A DNA stretch of 63,662 nucleotides, counting the filler, from Octopus bimaculoides (lineage: Eukaryota): NCBI RefSeq assembly GCF_001194135.2. It is 6 parts of 5 records of this genome, joined end to end, with 100 filler letters (N's around TTAATTAATTAA, not from the genome) between each part and the next. Parts side by side here need not be neighbours in the genome. Positions count along the whole stretch, not along the records: positions 13,571 to 25,509 come from NC_068987.1; positions 25,610 to 52,832 come from NC_068998.1; 4 more parts are not named here. One strand, given 5' to 3'. The position numbers and the translations under genes are program-made. Positions 13,571 to 25,711 of the stretch are shown here, piece after piece. Below the pieces are notes generated by a model. The model was not told the origin of the DNA. It made no database searches and worked only from the letters and a program-made list of their open reading frames with translations. Each line of letters begins with the position of its first letter. Positions within the stretch are counted from its first letter, which is position 1.

Positions 13571-13769
13571 TTTCGTGCGGGTGACACGTAAAAGCACCCA
13601 CTACACTCTCTGAGTGGTTGGCGTTAGGAAGGGCATCCAGCTGTAGAAACTCTGCCAAATCAGACTGGAGCCTGGTGTTGCCATCCGGTTTCACCAGTCC
13701 TCAGTCAAATCGTCCAACCCATGCTAGCATGGAAAGCGGACGTTAAACGATGATGATGATGATGATGAT
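13571..13769 (+). mobile_element. 3' part of a SINE/LINE ending in a (GAT)n tail (RTE-like tail)
   Basis: gtggttggcgttaggaagggcatccagctgtagaaa...ccaacccatgctagcatggaaagcggacgttaaac followed by (gat)n. The RTE assignment is from recalled similarity. Confidence 0.6.
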
Positions 13770-13770
13770 T

Positions 13771-13975
13771 TGTGTGTCTGTGTTCCCCCAACCATCGTTT
13801 GACAACCGATGTTGGTGTATTTACGTCCCTGTAACTTAGCAATTTGGCAAAAAAGACTGATTGAATAAGTACTAAGCTTACAAAGAATAAGTTCTGGGAT
13901 CAATTTGTTCAACTAAAGGCGGTGATCCAGCATGGCTGCAGTCAAATGACTGAAACAAATAAAAGAATAAAAGAA
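13771..13975 (+). mobile_element. SINE family AB, 3' half
   Basis: Same body as 12287-12452. Confidence 0.85.
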
Positions 13976-14310
13976 TATATATTAATAAAAGAGAGATTCT
14001 GTCAGTTTGTTTTTCCAGCAAAATGAAAGTAAATGGTTCAGGGGAAACTATTATGCTTTTCTATATATATATATATATNNNNNNNNNNNNNNNNNNNNNN
14101 NNNNNNNNNNNNNNNNNNNNNNNNNNNNNNNNNNNNNNNNNNNNNNNNNNNNNNNNNNNNNNNNNNNNNNNNNNNNNNNNNNNNNNNNNNNNNNNNNNNN
14201 NNNNNNNNNNNNNNNNNNNNNNNNNNNNNNNNNNNNNNNNNNNNNNNNNNNNNNNNNNNNNNNNNNNATATATATAAATCGAAAATTCTGTCTCTTTCTG
14301 TCTCTGGCAA

Positions 14311-14722
14311 AATGAAAGTACCTGGTTCAGGGGAAGCTATTATGCTGTTGCCTAATTTGTCTCAACAAAAATTATGCAATGGTACAACACTAATTATGCA
14401 CAAACTTATGAGGAACTGCATTGAGGCAAATATTCTCACTGGTTGTGGTAAAGGTGAGACTGTCTTCATTCCTCGCATACCAGTTATACCATCTAATGTC
14501 CCATTTTAATTTAAGTGGTTACAGTTTCCTATCCCACTTTCTTTTGCCATGAGCATTAATAGAACTCAGAGCCAAACACTAAAATTTGCTGGGTTGCAAC
14601 TTGATGAACCATGTTTTTCAAATGGCCAACTTTATGTAGGAGCATCACATGTGGGAGCAAAAGCAAATATTTCTGCTTATGCAGCCCAAAATAAAACAAA
14701 AAACACTGTTTATAAAGAAATA
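14311..14722 (+). pseudogene. Helitron PIF1-like helicase C-terminus
   Basis: IMLLPNLSQQKLCNGTTL...GETVFIPRIPVIPSNVPF*FKWLQFPIPLSFAMSINRTQSQTL...CFSNGQLYVGASHV...KTKNTVYKEIF. Confidence 0.88.
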
Positions 14723-15760
14723 TTCACTCTTAATGCAACATGAATACTTCAATAACTTAACGTGTATGACATCAATCTTTTTTCTATTTCAATTATTACA
14801 TGTTTTCTCTTATGAAATACACACATACAAGAGGAGTAAATCTAAATCTGTAGGGGTAGTCTCACCCTGGTTCAGATTAGAAACTGAATCTTTCAATTCT
14901 TCTTGGCCATATGGCCTATTCAAATGTCAAAAGAAACCATGACAAATGGGTGTTTTACTTAACCTGTGGCCTTTTCAGTGCCATTGCACAGTCACCTTCA
15001 TTCCGTAAATAGCTATATGATATAGCTATTTTTCTACCTTCATTCACATTGAAACTGAATCTTTCAATTCTCCTTCTTCAGTTATTACATGTTTTTAAGA
15101 ACCATGCTGTTCACATGGCTAACTTTATGCAGGAGCATCATGTGTGGGACCAAAAGCAAAGCTTTTTTGCTTATGCACCTCAGAATAAAACAAAAAGCAT
15201 TGTTTATAAAGAAATATTCACTCTTAATGCAACATCACTACTTCAATAACTTAATTTGCCATTACTATCATTACATTCAAAAATGACTACATTACCTCTT
15301 TAAACGAACTGTATTATATAATTACCATTACTGTATTGATAAATAAAATAACACATAAAACTCATTTATTATTGTCATATAATAAACAAACAAGTTTGTG
15401 TATGAAATCAACCTTCTTTTTTCTACTTCAATTTATACATGTTTTTCTCTTATAAAATACACACATACATGAGGAGTAAATCTAAATCTGTAGTGGTAGT
15501 CTCACCCTGGTTCAGATTCGAAACTTTATGCAGGATCATCACGTGTGGAAGCAAAAGCAAATCTTTTTGCTTATGCACCCTGAAATAAAACAAAAGCATT
15601 GTTTATAAAGAAATATTTACTCTTAATGCAACATGAATACTTCAATAACTTAATTTGCCATTACTATCATTAGATTCAAGAATGAAATCAGTCTTTTTTA
15701 TACTTCAATTATTACATGTTTTTCTCTTATAAAATACACATGTACAGGAGGTTCATGTAT
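14628..15760 (+). repeat. Tandem reiterations of the Helitron helicase 3' end and its AT-rich trailer
   Basis: The module aactttatg(t/c)aggagcatca...aaagaaatattcactcttaatgcaaca...cttcaataacttaa occurs at ~14628, ~15121 and ~15522. Trailer modules (cttcaattattacatg...ctcaccctggttcagatt) are interleaved. Confidence 0.85.
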
Positions 15761-15923
15761 GAAATTGATCCTTTTGCAACTTTAGTTATTACATATTTTT
15801 CTCCTATAAAAATACATGCATGCAATTGGAGTAAATTATGTATATGATAACTTTGAATGTGGCTCCTGAGAAACAATAAAAGTAATTACCTAATTAATGA
15901 TGGGTATTACTGCTAGATACACA

Positions 15924-15961
<38 letters not shown>

Positions 15962-16123
15962 TACATATACACACATGTGGATTGTTGGCGAATTTTTTCC
16001 TCCATCTTCCTTTTCTCTTGAATTTTCCTCTGTCTCCTGTTTCTGACAAAGAGCTTTGCTTGAAATGTAAAACTACCTTTCTTTCCCTCTCTGAGCATCT
16101 GCTAATACTTTGCATGTACCATG

Positions 16124-16299
16124 TGTGGTATAATGAAGGTTGATGATATTGGTTAATAAATAGAAAGACAAGGTATGTCCGTATATTAGCAAAGCATATA
16201 CAGTAATAGCCTCTTATTATTAGGAACCCAAATGTGTTCTTTTAAACTAGAGAGTTCCTGTAATGGTAGGTGACTAATTTAAAGTAGATAACACCACAT
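16124..16299 (-). repeat. 3' LTR of the gypsy element
   Basis: Direct repeat of 19579-19768 (about 15 substitutions and a 14-bp indel by eye). Preceded on minus by the purine tract GAAAAGGGGA (16300-16309). Confidence 0.92.
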
Positions 16300-19200
16300 C
16301 CCCTTTTCAGGTTATGAGTTCATAACGACAGTTTCTTTGGTGGTTGAATTCTCCGACCACTCCTAGTGTACACTGCTGGCTAGGGACTTACCGAGTTGGT
16401 AGGTGGGACATCCCTGTGCACAGTGAACTGGGTCTCTGGTTGGTCAACTTGTTTGGCGACGTTCTGCTAAATTGTCGCATCTGTATTCAGGAATGTATCT
16501 GGGTAGAGTTGGTAAGGAGGACAATTCTGTTGGGGTAGCTATCTGAGGAAACTTGGTTTTTTCACTTCTATTGTGAAGATGGCTTCTGTTTCAACGAAGT
16601 AGTTCTGAATCTGCATCAATAAGTATTGACCTTGGTGACAGAGTTTTCACCACTTTGGGTGGACAGGTTTTAGGTGTCTTCACCCAAACTGGCTGACCTT
16701 CAGTAAAAGATGCGTGCTCTCTAACTTGATGATGTTCGTCGAAATTGACTTTTTGTTTCAATTTGTGCTGAGAGTCTGCATTTTTGTGTTGCTCAACATT
16801 TTCTTTGCAGGATACATTTTTATTAGTACCTGACTGGTTTTTCAGGAAGAATTCTCCAATAATAAAATCTACAAAGAAAAGATTATATGGACCAGGGCAA
16901 CATAAGATAAAAGTACTTGGACATGTAGATGCCACACTGAGTTATGGGAAAGCAAGTAATAAAGGAACTGACCAGACCACAAAATGTGTCTAAGCTAAGA
17001 CGATTGCTCGGTATGGCAAATTCACTGAGAATTTAGCAGAGACAACCAAACCACTCCAGGATCTACTAAAAAAAGAAACCACTTGGATATGAGACCAGCC
17101 TCAAGAAACAGCATTTAGGACACTGAAGGAAAAACTGAACTCTGCACCAGTAGTGATGCATAAAAGTGCTGACAAGCCAACAAAGGTCTCAGCAGATGCA
17201 TCGTCTTTTGGCTTGGGTGGAGTGCTTCTTCAGAAGGAAGGAGATGGCTGGAGACCTGTATTCTATACATCGAGATCTGTCACTGAGACAGAGCAGAGAT
17301 ATGCACAGACTGAGAAGGAAGCATTAGCAGTCACGTGGTGTTGTGAGAAGTTTGCCGACTTCATGATAGGACTACCAAAGTTCTTGATAGAAACAGATCA
17401 CAAGCCTCTACTACCACTGCTAAATACAAAACATCTTGATGGGTTGACTCCAAGAATCCAGCGTTTCCGCATGCGCCTAAATGAGATTCACCTCTGAGAT
17501 CACACACACCACAGGGAAAAACCTCATNNNNNNNNNNNNNNNNNNNNNNNNNNNNNNNNNNNNNNNNNNNNNNNNNNNNNNNNNNNNNNNNNNNNNNNNN
17601 NNNNNNNNNNNNNNNNNNNNGCTCCTGGCAGCGTACCAATGAAACAAGAGTTCCAGCAGGAGACAGAGACCGACATGTTTGTCCATTCTATCAAAGATAA
17701 CATCTCCATGAGTGACAAACGACTGGAGGAAATCAGGCAGAAACAAAGCACTGATAAAATCTGTGATCAAGTTATCAACTTCTACAAGATGGACCGCTGG
17801 CCTGAAGCAGCCACACAAGATCCAGAACTGAGACCCTACTGGTTTGTATGGCAGTACCTAACTGTTCATCAGGGACTTTTACTGTATCAGAGTTGACTCC
17901 CCATCTATGCAGACCTCCAAAAAGACATCTTGGATCATCTACATGAAGAACACCAAGGTATCATCAAATGCGGAGCACTGGTGCGTGACAATGTTTGGGG
18001 GTCAGGCCTTTCCAAGCAAATTGCTGAGAACATAGGAGGGTGTAGTATCTGTGAGAAGGAAAAGAAATATCCACCAGAACCACTACGACCTACCAAGTTA
18101 CCTGAATATCCATGGCAGAAGGTAGGAATGGACTTGTTCGAATTGAAAGGACACAGATATCTATTAGTCATTGATTACTATTCTAGATGGATAGAGAGAT
18201 CTCATCTACAGACAATATTAGACAGTATCGTTAACAACTGCAAATCAATATTTGCTAGATATGGTATATCAGAGGTTGTCATTTCCAATAATAGTCTTCA
18301 ATTCATATTGAAGGAGTTCTAGGATTTTTCAAATGTTTTTGGCTTTTTACACCTCACCAGTAGCCCCCATAATCCACAAAGAAACAGAAAAGCTGAATGT
18401 ATGGTTCAGACACTTAAAAACCTAAAAAAAGCAAGTAATCCATATATCGCACTGCTTAATTATCACAGTGCTCCACTACAAAATGGCAAGAGTCCTGCAG
18501 AGTTGTCAATGAATAGGAAACTCAGGACTCGCATTCCAACAATTTGCACCAGTATCCACTGTCACATTTGCACCAGTATCCATTCTAAATTTGACAATTA
18601 TGCTGCAGACTTTGGTGGTGACTTCTATTTTTGCTTGCCATTCTATCTTATTGTCTTCACAAAGTGCATTTATATTTTTCAAAGAAATATAACCTAGGAA
18701 ATGATGTTCTTCCTCTTCAACTCCCTGCACTCTTGAAAAATTCTTGGAAACAGTTGCATAGTGTCCTATTTTCGAACACTATTTGCATCTTGTTGCCGAG
18801 GTGGGGCAATCATCTCTACCGAACCGCATGCACTTTCTCTCAGGCATCTTTTTATGTTGTTACCCTTTTTTATTATTTGGTTTTGTGATATGGTTTAATT
18901 GTGGGTCTGTTGCATTGACATTTGAGGAGATAGATTTTGTTTGTTGTTTTGATGTCTCATGTGTTCTACCTATCTGTAGGCATTTGTCGAGTGTTAGCTT
19001 TTTGTCTGCTAAAAGATTTTCGCACAAAAGATTGTCTTTAGCACCAACAACAACTGGATCCCGAATAAGTCTGTCCTTTAATTCTCCAAAGTAGCAGTTT
19101 TTTGCAAGTTGGCACAAGACAGCTACGTAGGTTTCTATGTTCTTGAAATTCTCTTGTTTCCAAAGGTGGGATTGATAAGACTCATAAGCCTCGAGTGTCT

Positions 19201-19559
19201 CACCAATGAAAAATTCCTTGAATTTGTTAATTATTTCAGATAGGTCAATTTGAGAGTTGACTGGCAGTTGAATAATTCAGAAAGTTTTATTTAAATCTTC
19301 TCCAATTGCTAGCCACACTTCCTGATAAAGACATTCGCTCAGGAGGTGGGATATTCGCAGGAAAAGGTTTTACAGACATTCTTTAAATTAAATGAAGAAA
19401 ATAAACTTAGAGTTCTGTGAAGAATTTTTTCTTTTTTTTTTTTTTTGGTGTGAGTGCAGGGTGAAGTCTTTGTTGTTGTTTTTCTGAAGCTGAAAAGAAA
19501 GTTTGTTTTTGTTTTTTTCCAGTGAATTTTTCTTTTAAAAGTTGCTTCAAATCCTTCGG

Positions 19560-19578
19560 AATCCCATTTCTGTCACCA
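19560..19578 (-). promoter_or_regulatory. Primer-binding site, tRNA-Leu(CAA)-like
   Basis: Minus strand reads TGGTGACAGAAATGGGATT directly after the LTR-terminal CA. This is two mismatches from TGGTGTCAGAAGTGGGATT, the complement of the tRNA-Leu(CAA) 3' end as I recall it. Confidence 0.75.
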
Positions 19579-19768
19579 TGTGGTATAATGAAAGTTGACG
19601 ATATTGGTTAATAAATAGAAAGAGAATTCAGTGGGAGATAAGATATGTCCATTTATTAGCAAAGCATATACAGTAATAACCTCTAACTATTAGGGACCCA
19701 AATGTGTTCTTTTAAGCTAGAGAGTTCCTGTAATGGTAGGGGACTAATCTAAGGGAGATAACACCACA
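19579..19768 (-). repeat. 5' LTR of the gypsy element
   Basis: TG...CA ends, followed by the PBS and flanked by TSD CCATG. Confidence 0.92.
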
Positions 19769-19827
19769 CCATGTCCTCGCACTGTTGTTTTTTCTTCTTG
19801 TGTTTGTTCTTTGTTTTTTTTGGGATT

Positions 19828-19874
<47 letters not shown>

Positions 19875-20799
19875 TACACACACATACATGTGCACACACA
19901 CACATATATACATATACACCAGTGGCGTGCGGTGACTTCTGAGATTGGTCATGCAATAAATACTTAGTGCACATGGTNNNNNNNNNNNNNNNNNNNNNNN
20001 NNNNNNNNNNNNNNNNNNNNNNNNNNNNNNNNNNNNNNNNNNNNNNNNNNNNNNNNNNNNNNNNNNNNNNNNNNNNNNNNNNNNNNNNNNNNNNNNNNNN
20101 NNNNNNNNNNNNNNNNNNNNNNNNNNNNNNNNNNNNNNNNNNNNNNNNNNNNNNNNNNNNNNNNNNNNNNNNNNNNNNNNNNNNNNNNNNNNNNNNNNNN
20201 NNNNNNNNNNNNNNNNNNNNNNNNNNNNNNNNNNNNNNNNNNNNNNNNNNNNNNNNNNNNNNNNNNNNNNNNNNNNNNNNNNNNNNNNNNNNNNNNNNNN
20301 NNNNNNNNNNNNNNNNNNNNNNNNNNNNNNNNNNNNNNNNNNNNNNNNNNNNNNNNNNNNNNNNNNNNNNNNNNNNNNNNNNNNNNNNNNNNNNNNNNNN
20401 NNNNNNNNNNNNNNNNNNNNNNNNNNNNNNNNNNNNNNNNNNNNNNNNNNNNNNNNNNNNNNNNNNNNNNNNNNNNNNNNNNNNNNNNNNGACGAGGGCA
20501 CCAGGTGTCACACACGATGCTAACCAAAGAAACTTCAGACAACCCAAATCCCTACACAGACAGTTCATACCAACACAACCACAACCAACATTTTTTAGCC
20601 TCAGACCAGAGAAAATGGAACATAAGTTAGAACACACACAATGCTAACCAAAGAACCCTCAGACATTCATACACGCAAAACAATCCAAGATAACAACATC
20701 ACCATACATCCAACCCAAACCCCTACATTTACACGGACAATTCATATCAACACAACTACAACCAACGATTTTTAGCCCCAAACCACAGAAAACAGGTCA

Positions 20800-22975
20800 C
20801 AGGTTGGAACTTGATACACAAGAGAAACTGAAGGTAATTAACCTGTCATATAAATCCCTAACAACCACAAAGATCGATATCCTGTCAAAAGGGCTAAAAA
20901 TCACCCCAACTCCATGCAGAACTAATCAAAATGAGGTCAAGGACAGTGTTTCAGAATTCTGCAGGAAATTAAGGCTTACAGAAACACTGGCCAATTATAA
21001 TAGTGAATATGACTCATTAGTCACAAACAGAAGTGAACACATTCCCCACAAAGAAAGAAAGAAAAATCTTGATGAATTCTGCACATCGAAAACTTCCCCT
21101 ACCACACCTTGCACAAACAAAAAATCATTTCAAACTTCAGCATCGCCCAATGGAAAGAACTAACTGAACTATAAAACAATGAAGAAATAACAATCAAAGA
21201 ACTGGATAAAGGGAGTGCGGTGGACACATACTACAGTAATGGACACACACTACAGTAATGGACACATACTACAAAAATCTAGTAGTATCCATGCTAAATA
21301 ATGATGAATACTATGAAAAAAACCCAAAGATTATACTTCCCCCAAAACTAATGAGAAACCTCTTTTCACTAATCCAAACCCACAGAAAAGATCTGACAAA
21401 AAAGAAATAGATTATTTAACAAACTTTAAATGTAAGCCCAAAAATTCACAAAAGCCAAACTATAAATGAATCCATCAAAAAGTCATCAAAGGCATACGTA
21501 CATACACCAGCACCAGAAGACCTAAAATTATGGCCTATTATAGCTGGACCGTCCTATGAAATGCATTGACTAAGCTGCCTCATGGAAATCCTCTTGAAAC
21601 CATTTCTAAAATACATCAAAATTTATATTAGAGATGACTTAGATATGCTAAATCACCTACCAGAAAAGGTCAAGGAAGAAACACACATGGTTTCATACCC
21701 CATAATTATGTTAAAAAAGCAATCTGTTTCTGTTTGGACAAATATCCAAAAGAAATACCAGAACGGATCAACGAATATTTCATAATTGAATCAATAACAT
21801 TCATCCTTCAAAACAATCATTTCATGTTTGGCACCACTGTTTATCACCAAAAATCCAGAATTGCCATGGGAACCAGGGTAGCCTTGACCATTGCCAACCT
21901 AACAATGGGCTATTTAGAAAGAACAATATATCAGGAGTCATTTTCAAAATTTGGAAACCCTCTTTTCCAATACATAAAAGAAAATTGTAAAAGAGTTTTG
22001 GATAACTGCTGCATCCTTTGGAATGAAAACATAGATAAACTCCTGGAGTCCAAAAGACTCCTTAATAACATTAACACCAACATACAATTTACAATGGAAC
22101 ACAACCAAGAGGAACTCCCATTCTTAGACACACTGGTTAAAAAAATAAACAAAAAATAAAAACGGACATTTTTTACAAAAATCACAAACTCTAAACAATA
22201 CCTATTATTTAGCTCATGTCACCAGAGACATATCAAAGCAAATATCCCCTTCAACCTTGCAAGAAGGATTTGCACCATAGTGTTTGAAAAAATACCAGAG
22301 AAGTAAGGTTGCAAGAGCTTAAAAAGATACTCAAGGACAGCTACTACTGAATTCAACTCATAAATGAAGGGATTAAACGTGCAAAATTGACTGACATAAA
22401 AACATTGAGAAGTCGAACACAATAACACAACTACTCTGAAAACACTACCTTATGTTTCCACATACATCCCAGAAACAAAGAAGCATTTAACATCATTGTC
22501 CCAAATCTCCCAATACTCTATAAGGACTCTAAACTGAAGGAAATTCTATGTATCTATAAAATCATTAAAAGCAATAAACAACCAAAACATTAAAGAAGAT
22601 CCTCACAAATACTAAATTATTCTCAAGAATAACAGATGCACGAGTAAATAAATGTGGTCAGCCTAACTTTGGAATAGGTCCCAATCTTTTAGAAGGATCA
22701 GAATTCCATTTTAGACAAGGGCAAAAATTCAAAATTCAATCCAACTTCACTAACACCCCTGGAAACCTCATTTGTGTAATCAGATGCTTAGGCTACCATA
22801 AAAACTATATAGGGTTGATAGAAATGTCTGTCAGATGGAGATGTACAGTCAACAGACAACAGATACCTTCCCCACAATATCGCCAGATATATCTCAGTGA
22901 ACACATTGACAGATGTGCAAAACAACTGCAACCACAATTCCTAATCTTCCCATTATATCAATTTGCTATTTGGAT
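20800..22975 (+). pseudogene. Penelope-like element (RT + GIY-YIG), probably Neptune-type, heavily disrupted
   Basis: VINLSYKSLT...ILSKGLKITPTP; IKELDKGSAV; PIIAGPS; FILQNNHFMF...IAMGT...ANLTMGYLE; RVLDNCCILW (RY-D-D position); IQFTMEHNQEELPFLDTLV; HIKANIPFNLARRI; degraded Cys linker CGQPNFGIGPN; GIY-YIG NLICVIRCLGYHKNYIG...LSEHIDRC. Confidence 0.9.
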
Positions 22976-23924
22976 TTGCATGGAAGTGCTTTCTGTTCTT
23001 ATGAGGGATCACAGACTATGTATTGTTTCATCGTATAAGAGGGGGTTAACACGATTTTGTCCAGAAATCACATTTTCAAAATTTCAATATTCCCCCATCC
23101 TCACCGCAATTTCTTAACTTGTAACTTTTTCGAATTTTTGTTTTTGTACATAAATAAGCAGAAGTAAAGAATACAAACACCACCTGTTTTCGGTGTAACC
23201 CTAACCCTAAACACCAGGGTTTAGGGTTTACCTTCACCCATAAATACATATGCATACATCTTTTTTGTGTGTGAGAGAGAGAAAGAGCGAGTGAGTGACT
23301 GTATTTCCTCATAACATATAGAGAAATGGAGGTCTTTTAATGCAATTTATTTGGTTGTGGCTTATTTTAATACAATATTTATGTGTACATTTTCATAAAT
23401 GTTTGTCCGAGCAGAATTCTACACATGCATGAAACATCAGACAAAAGTGAAATATTAGAAGCAAATTGAAATATTGTCCAAAAATGACCTCAAAATTGTG
23501 CAACCTGTGTAGTTGCTGAGGTTATTTTAGTTGTAAAAAACAAAATGAGTGAAAAGCATAGTTTACTTGGTAGATAAATAATAAGCAGCAGTTATGTTTC
23601 ATTATAACTCTCAAAGTTGTCAACGAACTGTCATCCAGACCAGCTGTTTTGTTTGTTAATTTCCATAAAAATTATTTATTTATCTACTTCTGTTTGAAAG
23701 CGAAAGAGAGGAGAAAGTGAAAAATATATGAATGTATATATGAAATGGACATGTATGTGAGAGAGCGAGAGAGAGTGTGTGCGTGCATGCCACTTACATG
23801 TACATGAGAACATACACATTCACCCGCCCACTCTCTCTCTCACACACACACATGTACATACATAAAAGATATATGCATATGTCTTGATGTATGTACATAT
23901 ACATGACAACACACCCCTTCAGTC

Positions 23925-24355
23925 ACTCTCTTTCTCTCACTCTCTTTCTCCTTTCTCTCTCTTCGTCCTTTCCTCTTTCTCTATCTTTATCCCTTTCTCT
24001 CTCTTCTCTTCCTCTCTCTTCTCTTCCCTTCCTCTCTCTCTCTTCTCTTCCTCTCTCTTCTCTTCCTCTCTCTCTCTTCTCTTCCTCTCTCTTCTCTTCC
24101 TCTCTCTCTCTTCTCTTCCTCTCTCTCTCTCTTCTCTTCCTCTTTCTCTCTTCTCTTCCTCTCTCTCTCTTCTCTTCCTCTCTCTCTCTCTTCTCTTCCT
24201 CTTTCTCTCTTCTCTTCCTCTCTCTCTCTTCTCTTCCTCTCTCTTCTCTTCCTCTCTCTCTCTTCTCTTCCTCTCTCTCTCTCTTCTCTTCCTCTTTCTC
24301 TCTTCTCTTCCTCTCTCTCTCTCTTCTCTTCCTCTCTCTCTCTCTCTCTCTTCTC

Positions 24356-24394
<39 letters not shown>
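23925..24394. repeat. ~470-bp polypyrimidine compound (CT)n/CTCTTCTCTTC repeat
   Basis: Direct reading; almost no purines on the + strand. Confidence 0.95.
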
Positions 24395-24398
<4 letters not shown>

Positions 24399-25194
24399 CA
24401 CACATGTCCATTTCATATACACATACATACATCTTTCATTTTCTCCTCTCTTTCACTTTAAAACAAAAGTAAATAAATAAAAATTTTTTATGGAAATTAG
24501 CGATTGCGGATGACAGCTCTGCAATTCAAAACGAAAGATCGCCTAAGCAACTTTCTTCATTATAATACAGATGTAACTAATTCGGAGAAACATTACTTTC
24601 ATTATTCACACATCATCAGTCTCGTAATCGAACACTGAAATTTTGGTTGAAATTGAAAGTGTGAAACGATTTTCACTTTGTAATGAAACCTAGTTGTTTT
24701 AACTTTCAATATCAGTACGTTTCACTGTTGGGTGGGGGGAAAGTCACATACATATACTAAGACACACACACAGACATACATTAACACACACCTCAAGCCT
24801 ATCTCTGTCCCTGTGTGTGTCTGTCTGTGTTTTTAGATGTTTGTGTGTGTGTGTGTATGTCAGTCATAAAAATGTATGTATACTGACAGACACAAACACT
24901 GTCACACACATATACTTGTCAGTCATTGGCCTAACGTACATAATGAATGTGCAAACATATATAGAACATGTGACGTCATCGTTGTTGTGGTGGTGGTAAA
25001 AGATGTCGTTTACGATTGGTGACTAAAAGAAAAAGGATAATCTTAAATTTTGGTAATGCAAATAAGTGAATGAAAATGTAGTTTAGTTGGTAGCCAAAAG
25101 CTTACTGAATCTTTTGATACCCCATATGTCAAAAACAGCAACTTGGTTTTGGAATGCATAAGGAACATACATACAAACTCTCTTTTATTCTCTT

Positions 25195-25390
25195 TCTGTT
25201 TCTTTTCTCTTTTACTTGTTTCAGTTATTTGACTGCAGCCATGCTGGAGCACCGCCTTTTTAGTCGAGCAAATCGACCCCATGACTTATTCTTTGGAAAC
25301 CTAGTACTTATTCTATCGGTCTCTTTTGCTGAACCGCTAAGTTACAGGGATGTAAACAGACCACCATTGGTTGTCAAGCGATCTTGGGGG
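25195..25390 (-). mobile_element. SINE family AB, 3' half
   Basis: Reverse complement of the 12287/13771 body. Confidence 0.85.
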
Positions 25391-25509
25391 GGGGGCAAAC
25401 ACAGACACACAAACATCTACACACACATACATACATAAACACACATACACGCGTACATACATATATACATACGCACACATACATATAGAAATATGTACTT
25501 ACATACAGA

Positions 25510-25609
25510 NNNNNNNNNNNNNNNNNNNNNNNNNNNNNNNNNNNNNNNNNNNNTTAATTAATTAANNNNNNNNNNNNNNNNNNNNNNNNNNNNNNNNNNN
25601 NNNNNNNNN
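25510..25609. other. Artificial 100-nt sequence linker
   Basis: 44 N + TTAATTAATTAA (25554-25565) + 44 N. Confidence 0.95.
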
Positions 25610-25711
25610 CTTCCAATGATCCGGAACTTCCAATGATCCGGAACTTCCAATGATCCGGAACTTCCAATGATCCGGAACTTCCAATGATCCGGAACTTCCA
25701 ATAATCCGTAT
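25610..25711. repeat. 17-bp minisatellite (CTTCCAATGATCCGGAA) x5 perfect + 1 degenerate
   Basis: Direct reading; truncated on the left by the linker. Confidence 0.95.

Larger units (their letters stand above)
16124..19768 (-). mobile_element. Ty3/gypsy (Mag-like) LTR retrotransposon, 3.65 kb, internally deleted and internally inverted
   Basis: Direct LTRs with TGTGGT...ACCACA ends and TSD CCATG at 16119-16123 and 19769-19773. Minus strand: gag (LKDRLIRD..., CCHC remnant) and protease start FRMDTGANVTV. Plus strand: protease remainder, RNase H (ADASSFGLGGVL...EKEALAV...TDHKPL) and integrase (HQGIIKC...CSIC...PWQKVGMDLF...IDYYSRW). Integrase tail is back on minus. RT YxDD core absent. Confidence 0.93.

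Noticed and set aside
13680-13705. Minus-strand CTGAGGA-ctggt-GAAA
   Set aside because: Stem II cannot form; it lies within a SINE tail.
16826-18541. Gypsy inversion as a mis-oriented contig
   Set aside because: Both strand switches are inside contiguous sequence, not at the N gap.
25610-25711. CRISPR array
   Set aside because: The units are head-to-tail with no spacers, the context is eukaryotic and there are no cas genes.
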